Positions 27,629 through 35,309 of a stretch of 64,000 nt of DNA are shown here, one piece after another. The notes below the pieces were generated by a model. It was given only the letters and a program-made list of their open reading frames with translations, was not told the origin of the DNA and searched no databases. Made by a program: the position numbers and the translations under genes. The DNA is taken from positions 256,025 through 320,024 of the forward strand of contig OZ244955.1 of NCBI GenBank assembly GCA_965222525.1, written 5' to 3'. Numbering within the stretch: the stretch's first letter is position 1; every line of letters starts with the position of its first letter. The DNA comes from Rickettsiales bacterium (lineage in GTDB: Bacteria; Pseudomonadota; Alphaproteobacteria; Rickettsiales; UBA8987).

Positions 27629-28525
27629 TTGGGGAGGGTAGTTTTTATTTGGGATAAAGCTATGTTTGCAAAAAGAATATTGCTGTTGTCGGCAGTTTTT
27701 TTGGCTGTCGGGTTTCCTGTATATTCATTTGCCGAGGGCGCTCCGGCAGGTGATGTAGTCGCCTCCGAAAAGAAGGTACCAAAAGTAGTGGTATCGGAAG
27801 GAATCGAGGAAGAATTCGAGGACGGTGATTACTACGAGGAAAACGAGGAAGAAATATATAGCGACCCGGCCGATCCGTATGAAAAATGGAATCGCAAGAT
27901 CTTCTCGTTCAACGAAACCGTGGATGAGATGTTCCTTGAGCCGATAGCTCGCGGTTACCGTGAGTATATACCGAAATGGGGGCGTGACCGGGTAAGCAAT
28001 TTTGTTGATAATCTCTGGGAGCCGGTGAGTTTCGTAAATAATGTTGCGCAGGGCGATGTTGAAGGTTCGTTCCGCAATTTCTGGCGGTTTACCATAAATT
28101 CCACTGTAGGTATCGGCGGGCTGTTTGATGTTGCGTCACAGGCCGGTCTGGAGCCGGAGCGTGAGGATTTCGGCCAGACCATGGGTTATTACGGTGTTGA
28201 TGGCGGTGCATATATAGTCATTCCGTTTCTCGGCCCTTCAAATACACGGGATGCGGTGGGTACTGTGGTGGATGCCTTTACCAATCCGGCAAGCTATGCC
28301 AGTGCGGGAGCTACGGCCGGTTATCAGGCTATGAAAATTATCAGCAACCGTGAAGAATTGCTCGACATCACCGACGAAATTGACAAAAACTCTTTTGACC
28401 CTTATGCTACTATCAAGAGCGGGTATACGCAGCACAGGAAAAAAGCAATCCGCGATGGGGAGATTGCTGAAGGGCTGGATAGCATGGAGCCAAGTGCAGG
28501 TAGTGGTTTTTCCCTGTTTGAGTAA
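27629..28525 (+). CDS. mlaA: MlaA/VacJ-family outer-membrane lipoprotein
   Basis: DPYEKWNRKIFSFNETVDEMFLEPIARGYREYIP...VSNFVDNLWEP. The likely true start is the Met at 27662. Confidence 0.8.
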   Translation: MGRVVFIWDKAMFAKRILLLSAVFLAVGFPVYSFAEGAPAGDVVASEKKVPKVVVSEGIEEEFEDGDYYEENEEEIYSDPADPYEKWNRKIFSFNETVDEMFLEPIARGYREYIPKWGRDRVSNFVDNLWEPVSFVNNVAQGDVEGSFRNFWRFTINSTVGIGGLFDVASQAGLEPEREDFGQTMGYYGVDGGAYIVIPFLGPSNTRDAVGTVVDAFTNPASYASAGATAGYQAMKIISNREELLDITDEIDKNSFDPYATIKSGYTQHRKKAIRDGEIAEGLDSMEPSAGSGFSLFE

Positions 28526-28563
28526 CTTATCCGTATAAACCAGGGGTATAATCAGGAGGAGAT

Positions 28564-29235
28564 ATGAATATGAGGAAATTATTTCTGGCATTATGTGTAA
28601 CGCCAATACTGTTTTCTGGTACAATACCGGTTTTTGCTTCCGGTAACGAGGTAGCCGTCGGTGAATCCGCGTCTGGCAGTTCTCAGGAAATGGAAGGTGC
28701 ACGTGATTTCGTCAAGGGTTTGAGTGCGCAGACGTTTTCTATCATAGAAAACGCCGAACTGAAGGATGTGCAAAAGAAAGACTCCCTGAAGGATTTATTC
28801 AGGCAGAATGTCGACGTCAACTGGATGGCCAGGTTCGTTATGGGCAAGCATTTCCGCAAGATAAAGTCTGATAAGACACGACAGCATTATGTCAGCCTGT
28901 ATGGTGACTATCTGGTGGAGAGCTATATACCGAAATTCCGTGAGTTTTCCGGTGAAAAGTTTAATATTATCAAAATCCGCAAGGATGACGAGGGGGAGTA
29001 TACCGTGTTTACCGAGCTGGTTCCACCGACACCTGATGCTCCCAGTACCAAGGTGGATTATAAAATCCACAAGAAAAGTGATGCGGAATATAAAATCGTT
29101 GATGTTATTGGCGAGGGGGTAAGCCTTATTACCACCCAGCGCTCGGATTTCGGCGGCATGATTTCCCGCAAAGGAGTCAAATTCTTCATAGAAAGGCTGG
29201 AAGCCAAGGTTAACAAGATGAAGGCGGCAAGTTAG
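28564..29235 (+). CDS. mlaC: MlaC/Ttg2D-family periplasmic phospholipid-binding protein
   Basis: Signal peptide, then VDVNWMARFVMGKHFRKI...YVSLYGDYLVESYIPKF. Confidence 0.7.
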   Translation: MNMRKLFLALCVTPILFSGTIPVFASGNEVAVGESASGSSQEMEGARDFVKGLSAQTFSIIENAELKDVQKKDSLKDLFRQNVDVNWMARFVMGKHFRKIKSDKTRQHYVSLYGDYLVESYIPKFREFSGEKFNIIKIRKDDEGEYTVFTELVPPTPDAPSTKVDYKIHKKSDAEYKIVDVIGEGVSLITTQRSDFGGMISRKGVKFFIERLEAKVNKMKAAS

Positions 29236-29860
29236 GTTTTCCCGAGCGCCGTCTGCCAATCCCGAGGAATTTCCTGGCAGTCCACCATAGAATCCGCATG
29301 TCCAGCCAGAAATTATGGTGGCGGACGTAAAACATGTTATAGCGGAATTTATAGGGCAGGATACGGTTGATATATTCGCTCTCACCGTCCTCACCGGCAG
29401 CGGCCAACATACGTTCCTCCTTCTCATGAAACAGGATTGAAGCAAAGCCGGTCAGGCCGGGTTTTACGCTGGTAATTTTGCGGTATTGCTCTGGATAAAT
29501 CTCGATATATTTCGGCAATTGTGCCCGCGGTCCTACCATGCTGATATCACCGCGCAATACATTATAAAGCTGTGGCAATTCATCCAGCCGGTATTTGCGC
29601 AGGAATGTCCCCACCCTGGTAATCCGGTTTTTCTTGGCATTATGGGTAATACCGTCATCCTTCACCGGGTCATTTTCCACCCGCATGGTACGGAATTTAT
29701 AAAAAGTAAAAGGCTGCAAGTCTTTCTTGATACGGGTTTGTGTATGAATCACCGGCCCTGGAGAGCTGAACTTCACCATAATTGCAATCATCAGCATAAG
29801 TGGTGATAGCGCCACCAGCAGCAAGGATGATGATACTATGTCGAATAGTCGTTTTATCAT
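29210..29860 (-). CDS. Small monotopic phosphoglycosyl transferase (bacterial sugar transferase family, PglC/WbaP C-terminal type)
   Basis: 216 aa. KRLFDIVSSSLLLVALSPLMLMIAIMVK...FYKFRTM...DELPQLYNVLRGDISMVGPRA. Confidence 0.85.
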   Translation of the reverse strand: MIKRLFDIVSSSLLLVALSPLMLMIAIMVKFSSPGPVIHTQTRIKKDLQPFTFYKFRTMRVENDPVKDDGITHNAKKNRITRVGTFLRKYRLDELPQLYNVLRGDISMVGPRAQLPKYIEIYPEQYRKITSVKPGLTGFASILFHEKEERMLAAAGEDGESEYINRILPYKFRYNMFYVRHHNFWLDMRILWWTARKFLGIGRRRSGKPNLPPSSC

Positions 29861-29880
29861 GGTGGCTTGTGGTAATGCAT

Positions 29881-30037
29881 TGTCACCCCGGATGGCATGC
29901 TTTCTCCAAATCTATGATTTGGCAAGAAAGCACCATTCTCGGGGTTACAGGTAAGTAACGTGAATGTGTAATAACCCCGAGAACGCTATTTTCTGACTAC
30001 ATCAAAGATGTAGAGAAAATATGCGTCCGGGGTGACA
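29881..30037. repeat. MITE-like element, family B (nested palindromes)
   Basis: TGTCACCCCGGA.GCAT...TTCTC outer TIRs, plus inner inverted repeats (CTCGGGGTTA.../...TAACCCCGAG); 157 bp. Confidence 0.85.
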
Positions 30038-30051
30038 AATTAACGTACTGG

Positions 30052-30837
30052 TTAAAAATAATAAACGACCCGCCTGGCGAGTTTCTTTTGTATAATAACA
30101 GCTATAACTACCATAATTGCAGCTATTGAAAATGCCATCGTCATCTGCGTAACAGAGGGAAACGTACCATAATATACAAATTCCTGCATCGGTTTTATCA
30201 GAATATAAAACGGGTTATACTCAAAATACACCATATACTCCGCAGGTATTGCCGAGGCCGGATATACAATGGGAATTGTCCAGAATAAAGCGTTAAAAGC
30301 TACTGTCAGCAAATGGTGCAGATCATTGGCATATGGGGCAATATACGCTACTGCTATAGCAGCAAAAATCGTGAACAATATGATGGGAAGCACTACCAGC
30401 GGCCATAGCAGGAATACTGTCAGGCTGAAAGTGCCGGTAATCAGGCCGACTGCCAGATACATCATTGAAAATGATACGACCAGCGTATAAAGCGCAACAG
30501 CCACATCGGAAATTATGAAGATAGTCTTCGGCAGCATACATCCGCCCTTTATCAGCCCGCCATGTGACACCAGCGAGTTTGCCCCCAGCGTCACCCCTGA
30601 TACTATAAAAATCCAGGGCAGCAACCCGCTTACCAGCAGCAACACGTAATTATCCATGTCAAAGCGCAATATTGTCGAGAATACGATTGACAGTACGATT
30701 ACCTGCACAGTCGGCTGGATGAGAGTCCACAACACACCCAGAAACGACCCGCGATACTGCTTCTTCAGAGAAAGCTCGGACAGGAACAATAGAGATTTGA
30801 AATAGTTCCTGTCGAGTCTTGAAATTATATTCAACAT
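30052..30837 (-). CDS. ABC-2 type polysaccharide/polyol-phosphate export permease (Wzm/TagG/KpsM-like)
   Basis: 261 aa, 6 TM. N-terminal LKKQYRGSFLGVLWTLIQP is typical of ABC-2 permeases. It is adjacent to the cognate ATPase. Confidence 0.75.
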   Translation of the reverse strand: MLNIISRLDRNYFKSLLFLSELSLKKQYRGSFLGVLWTLIQPTVQVIVLSIVFSTILRFDMDNYVLLLVSGLLPWIFIVSGVTLGANSLVSHGGLIKGGCMLPKTIFIISDVAVALYTLVVSFSMMYLAVGLITGTFSLTVFLLWPLVVLPIILFTIFAAIAVAYIAPYANDLHHLLTVAFNALFWTIPIVYPASAIPAEYMVYFEYNPFYILIKPMQEFVYYGTFPSVTQMTMAFSIAAIMVVIAVIIQKKLARRVVYYF

Positions 30838-30838
30838 A

Positions 30839-31582
30839 TCAGTTGGCAGTTGACCGATTATACTCCCCTATCACCTCTTCTGGCTTACCGTCCATAACAA
30901 TTTTGCCACCCTGCATCCATATACAGCGATTGCACACATTCTCAATTACATCGGTGCTGTGATTGACCATTAAGGCAACTGACACCGAATCCAGTTTTTC
31001 CTTTATCAATGCAGTGGCTTTCTGCTGAAAACCAACATCACCGGTAGCAAATATCTCATCAAGTATCAATATCTCCGGCTCCTGGAACACCGCCAGTGCA
31101 AATGCCAACCGCGCCCGCATCCCGGTACTATATGCTTTCAAAGGCTGGTCTATACTTTCCCGCAATTCGGTAAATTCTATAACCTTTTCCTCAACGTCAC
31201 GATTGTAATGTACAAGCTGGCCGGTATATAGCAGGCCAATCCTGATATTCTGACGGCCGGTGAATTCCGGCTCAAGCCCCATTCCCATCTCGATAATCGG
31301 GGTAATCTTGCCGGTGATACTAACCGTACCGCTGGTTGGCGGGTAAATTCCGGCTATTACTTTCAGCAGTGAACTTTTGCCGGAACCGTTGCGACCGATA
31401 ATTCCTACCCGTTCGCCATGATTCACATCCAGAGACACCCCCTGCAGGATTTTTATGCAAGTATCACGCCCGCCGACCTTACCCTTGCCCACAACCATCT
31501 GCTTCAGGCTCTGTGCCCGCAACAGCGTATCCACACCATCAACATGAATATCTTTCAGATGGATCTTTGCCTTTTCTGTCAT
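30839..31582 (-). CDS. Polysaccharide/teichoic-acid-type export ABC ATPase (Wzt/TagH/KpsT-like)
   Basis: Walker A GRNGSGKSSLLK, signature YSTGMRARL, Walker B ILILDE. Confidence 0.85.
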   Translation of the reverse strand: MTEKAKIHLKDIHVDGVDTLLRAQSLKQMVVGKGKVGGRDTCIKILQGVSLDVNHGERVGIIGRNGSGKSSLLKVIAGIYPPTSGTVSITGKITPIIEMGMGLEPEFTGRQNIRIGLLYTGQLVHYNRDVEEKVIEFTELRESIDQPLKAYSTGMRARLAFALAVFQEPEILILDEIFATGDVGFQQKATALIKEKLDSVSVALMVNHSTDVIENVCNRCIWMQGGKIVMDGKPEEVIGEYNRSTAN

Positions 31583-31723
31583 CCTGAACTTGTTTCAGGA
31601 TCTATCAAGCAGAGTCCTGATAATAGTAATTGCAACTAATCTTATCAAAATTTCAAACTGACCATCAATTAATATGGATTCCGTTGTTGAATGGATGGAT
31701 CCTTCACCTCGTTCAGGATGACA
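31577..31723. repeat. MITE-like element, family A
   Basis: TGTCATCCTGAACTTGTTTCAGGATCTAT ... CCTTCACCTCGTTCAGGATGACA; 147 bp. Its first 6 nt are the reverse complement of the ATG-ACA start of the ABC ATPase gene. Confidence 0.85.
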
Positions 31724-31737
31724 ACCAACTCCGCCTG

Positions 31738-33030
31738 CTACGCCACCCTTCTTGACTCCTGTGAATCCATGAATTCTGCAATTGCACCGACCACATATTC
31801 CCTTGCATTTGTATCAATCGCATGATGGCAGCCGAATGCAAAACCGTTCTGCATTATATTATCAGAATTTTCGCTAGTACCGGCAATGCGATGCTCATAA
31901 TGCTCAAATACAGGATGGCGGGCAATATTACCTGCTATAACAGGGCGGGTTTCTATGTTACGTTGTTTGAGGTGTGCAGTTATATCAGCAACATCAAACG
32001 GGGCGCTATCCTTAACAATTATCCCGAACCCGAACCAGCTTGATTCTGCACCGGCAGTTTCATCCTGAAACGCAAAGAACTCGCTGAACTTATCCAGTTC
32101 CCGCCGGAAAAATGCTGCATTCTCCCTGCGGGTAATAACAATCCTGTCCAGCTTGGGAAGTTGCACAGAGCCCATAGCCGCCTGACATTCGGTAGGACGC
32201 AAATTATACCCCAGATTGACAAAAATAAACCGAGGATCGATATCAGGATATTTTTCGACATATTGCTGGTGGTTATCGGCTTCCCGCGACCAGCCATGTG
32301 CCCGCATAATTCTCATGGTCTCGGCCAGTTCATGTTCATCGGTTACGCAAATCCCGCCCTCCAGCGTAGTAATGTGATGCGAATAATAGAAGCTGAAAGT
32401 CCCGATACGCCCGAAACTTCCCACCGGCTTACCCTTGTAAACCCCTCCCATAGCCTCACAGCAATCTTCTATAACCTGTAAATCATGTCGTCCGGCGATA
32501 TCCATAATCGCATCCATATCACAGGGATTACCATATACATGTACCGGCATTATCGCCCTGGTTTTGTCGGAAATAGCCGACTCCAGCTTGTTTAAATCAA
32601 AATTCCATGTGTCCGGCTCGCAATCGACAATAACCGGCACCAGCCCGCTTTGAATCACCGGCCATACCGTTGTCGACCATGACAGCGCAGGGACAATCAC
32701 CTCATCGCCGGGTTTAAGCGGATTGCTGGTCTGCGGATTGGCTATAGCAGCCACTGCCAGTAAATTGGCCGAGGAACCGGAATTATTCATCACACCATAT
32801 TTATACCCGAATTTCGACGCATATTCGCCCTCAAACTGCTTTACCTTCCTGCCCATAGTAACAAAAGTGGAAAGCATTGGCTGGATTGCAGCAAATATCT
32901 CCTCAGTACCGAATGTCGGCTCATGCAACCGTACCACCGGCCTATCCGGATTAAATGTAAAGTCATGCTGCGCATTGCAATATGACTCTATTGCTTGCTC
33001 TATATTATCCAGTAATTCCTGTCCTGACAT
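31738..33030 (-). CDS. DegT/DnrJ/EryC1-family enzyme with His in place of the PLP lysine (sugar 3-dehydratase-like, RfbH/ColD type)
   Basis: 430 aa. NNSGSSANLLA, DEVIVPALSW and the active-site region TFSFYYSHHITTLEGG (His218/His219, nt 32374-32379). Confidence 0.7.
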   Translation of the reverse strand: MSGQELLDNIEQAIESYCNAQHDFTFNPDRPVVRLHEPTFGTEEIFAAIQPMLSTFVTMGRKVKQFEGEYASKFGYKYGVMNNSGSSANLLAVAAIANPQTSNPLKPGDEVIVPALSWSTTVWPVIQSGLVPVIVDCEPDTWNFDLNKLESAISDKTRAIMPVHVYGNPCDMDAIMDIAGRHDLQVIEDCCEAMGGVYKGKPVGSFGRIGTFSFYYSHHITTLEGGICVTDEHELAETMRIMRAHGWSREADNHQQYVEKYPDIDPRFIFVNLGYNLRPTECQAAMGSVQLPKLDRIVITRRENAAFFRRELDKFSEFFAFQDETAGAESSWFGFGIIVKDSAPFDVADITAHLKQRNIETRPVIAGNIARHPVFEHYEHRIAGTSENSDNIMQNGFAFGCHHAIDTNAREYVVGAIAEFMDSQESRRVA

Positions 33031-33052
33031 CTTTATTTCCTTTGGTTGCAGT

Positions 33053-33388
33053 TTATACCCTGTCCTGATGGGATTGCATATACGAACGCAAAACAGCGTT
33101 CATCGTGCTTTGATAGCCGCGCCCCTGTTCACGATACCAGGCCAGCACATCAGCATCAACCCGCATATATAAAGGCTCTTTAGGGGGTGTTACCGAAACT
33201 ATCAAGTCATCCCAATCCTCTACACTGGGAGAAAGTGCCGCATCTTTATCACCTTTCCGAACTACCCTGGCTTCTTCCCTTGTCATGGAGTTAATTTTAT
33301 CCCAGTCAGTTGCAGATTTACCTTCCTCCCGAAGCTTTTTAATCTCCTTTTCCGAATAGCGCGCAGTATTTTTTGATTTCCGTGTCAT
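33053..33388 (-). CDS. brnA: BrnA-family antitoxin (second copy)
   Basis: 111 aa. C-terminal VDADVLAWYREQGRGYQSTMNAVLRSYMQSH. Overlaps the upstream brnT by 50 nt. Confidence 0.65.
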   Translation of the reverse strand: MTRKSKNTARYSEKEIKKLREEGKSATDWDKINSMTREEARVVRKGDKDAALSPSVEDWDDLIVSVTPPKEPLYMRVDADVLAWYREQGRGYQSTMNAVLRSYMQSHQDRV

Positions 33389-33617
33389 CTGCCCTGTGTG
33401 TTGAAATTATCCTTTTATTTTCACCTCGTGCTGTCCATACCACAACCCAAAGGCGCCCTTCTATTTCACCAACCGTTGCAAACCGCTCCTCACTATTACG
33501 TGGCGAAAGGTAAGTATATTCGGGACGGCCATCGAATAACTGCACCGCATCAATAAAATCCATACCGTGCTTTTCAATATTCAACAGCCTTTTTCTTTCA
33601 TCCCACTCATACATCAT
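33339..33617 (-). CDS. brnT: BrnT-family (DUF497) toxin (second copy)
   Basis: MMYEWDERKRLLNIEKHGMDFIDAVQLFDG...RIISTHRA. Confidence 0.8.
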   Translation of the reverse strand: MMYEWDERKRLLNIEKHGMDFIDAVQLFDGRPEYTYLSPRNSEERFATVGEIEGRLWVVVWTARGENKRIISTHRADDTEIKKYCALFGKGD

Positions 33618-33656
33618 TATATATACAAATTGTATATATTGTCAAGCCCCGGCACA

Positions 33657-33881
33657 TCACATACTCGATTCAACTTCCAGATATTTTCCTTCAAGCTGGC
33701 TATATTCATCCGGCGTAAACCATGGTAGTTGCTCACTGGGCTGGTCGTAGAGGTTAAGCAATATCAGATTATCAGTAGTAGTGCGGAAATAACGCACATC
33801 CTTATTGAGGGTAAAATTCCTGCCATCCCTGGTATTACCCGAATAATCCTCAACACATTTTATAACAGCATCCGGTTTCAT
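33657..33881 (-). CDS. Hypothetical protein (74 aa)
   Basis: An AAGGAGG RBS lies 6 nt upstream of the ATG. No recognisable motifs. Confidence 0.5.
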   Translation of the reverse strand: MKPDAVIKCVEDYSGNTRDGRNFTLNKDVRYFRTTTDNLILLNLYDQPSEQLPWFTPDEYSQLEGKYLEVESSM

Positions 33882-34227
33882 AATCGGCCTCCTTTTGATT
33901 AGTGACTAGTAGTTAGAATCTAGAGTCTGGTGTTTGATTGCCAGCCGTTATTTACAAGGTTTTTTGTTCTATTACAAGAGTGAGAAAACGTTATGCGGTT
34001 AAAAATTATGGTTTACAAAGAATAAGGAAAATGGGAGAATGGTGCTATATAAGCCTTCAGGAGACACATCATGCACGGAGTATATATCGGAGCGATAATA
34101 TTTTTTACGGTAGCAATGGCGATTGCCTTTATGATTCCGGTGAAATTATGCGGTGACAACCCGCACAGGGCGGATGACTAAAAGCAGGTTCCTTGCGCTT
34201 ACCGACTGAATGATCTGCGCCACGCCA

Positions 34228-34731
34228 CTACTGCAACGCCTTCAATGCAGCGGGTAGTGCCTGTTCCAGATCTATAGACACCCCCTCACCCAGCTCCATT
34301 GAAGTTGGAACTTCATCCATTGGATGCCAGTCCTCGCCCTTTTTCTTATAGAAAACGTTCTTCTCGGTATCGTGGTAGATATCGGAATCGGGGTAATGTT
34401 TAAACTTTGACCTGTAACCATGCGCTTTTGCATGGTCGGGAGGCCCACGGCGCTTGTCTTTACCCGCATGTTTGCCATGCTTGTCTTTCTTTCCATGTTT
34501 ATCCTTTTTGGAATGCTTATGTCCGCGCTCCCCCTTATCATCGTCCTCATCTTCCCTGTCGGCTTTTTCTTTTCTATCCGGCCTTTCCTTATCAGCTTTA
34601 TCAGACTTTTTGCCGAATACCCGCTCCAGCCATGAAGGCTTTTTATCCGAAGCATTGTCATCGGCAATAGCAGGTGAAACACCAGCGATCAGCACTCCAA
34701 CAAATAAAATTGTGAGTATATTTCTAATCAT
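34228..34731 (-). CDS. Secreted Lys/Asp/His-rich low-complexity protein
   Basis: I prefer the Met at 34731 (AGGAG RBS), which avoids overlap with rpsT. Signal peptide MIRNILTILFVGVLIAGVSPAIA, then KKSDKADKERPDRKEKADREDEDDDKGERGHKHSKKDKHGKKDKHGKH. Confidence 0.6.
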   Translation of the reverse strand: MIRNILTILFVGVLIAGVSPAIADDNASDKKPSWLERVFGKKSDKADKERPDRKEKADREDEDDDKGERGHKHSKKDKHGKKDKHGKHAGKDKRRGPPDHAKAHGYRSKFKHYPDSDIYHDTEKNVFYKKKGEDWHPMDEVPTSMELGEGVSIDLEQALPAALKALQ

Positions 34732-34750
34732 GATTAACTCCTGTGATGGT

Positions 34751-35014
34751 TTAGGAAATAGCCTTGACCCTGGCATTCAGGCGGCTGAGCTTGCGGGAGG
34801 CGGTACCGAGCTTGATAACACCCTTGCTTACCCCGCGCATAAGTTCTTTTTGAGCGGTTTTCAGGGCAGTCTGCGCGGCAGGCTTATCCTTGCTCTCAAT
34901 TGCAGCGATAACCTTTTTAACCGACGTACGGATACGTGAACGCCGTGCCGAATTCCTTTCGTAACGCTTTTTAGTCTGCCTTATCGCCTTTTTCGTTGCG
35001 CTATGATGTGCCAT
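34751..35014 (-). CDS. rpsT: 30S ribosomal protein S20
   Basis: [30 protein letters not shown]... Confidence 0.95.
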   Translation of the reverse strand: MAHHSATKKAIRQTKKRYERNSARRSRIRTSVKKVIAAIESKDKPAAQTALKTAQKELMRGVSKGVIKLGTASRKLSRLNARVKAIS

Positions 35015-35131
35015 AATGCCTGGTTCCTTTATGTAAGGAGGGTGTAGATATACCGTTTTCCCTTGTTAGTCAAGCGGGAATTGAGGAGTTTAAGAATACA
35101 GGAAGTCAGGGATACAAGAAATTCCAACGGT

Positions 35132-35280
35132 TGTCATCCTGAACTTGTTTCAGGATCCATATATCAAAGTAACAATCGTTAACTGTTCATAGTTGACAAT
35201 ACCAAAATACATTAGGTACAAACCAATTGCCAGGATTCAGTAATGGGATGAATGGATCCTGAAACAAGTTCGAGATGGCA
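35132..35280. repeat. MITE-like element, family A
   Basis: TGTCATCCTGAACTTGTTTCAGGATCCAT ... ATGGATCCTGAAACAAGTTCGAGATGGCA; 149 bp. It is preceded at 35090-35128 by a family E fragment (GAGTTTAAGAATACAGGAAG...). Confidence 0.85.
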
Positions 35281-35309
35281 TACACCACTAGCTCCGTATT
35301 GGATGACAA

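Noticed and set aside
28795-29445. 216-aa minus-strand ORF overlapping mlaC and the sugar transferase
   Set aside because: It is out of frame with, or antisense to, two genes that have clear family motifs.
33938-34156. 72-aa plus-strand ORF in the 345-bp gap after the 74-aa gene
   Set aside because: It has no RBS and an unconvincing composition. A different-frame 36-aa hydrophobic ORF (34071..34181) has a better RBS but is also unproven.
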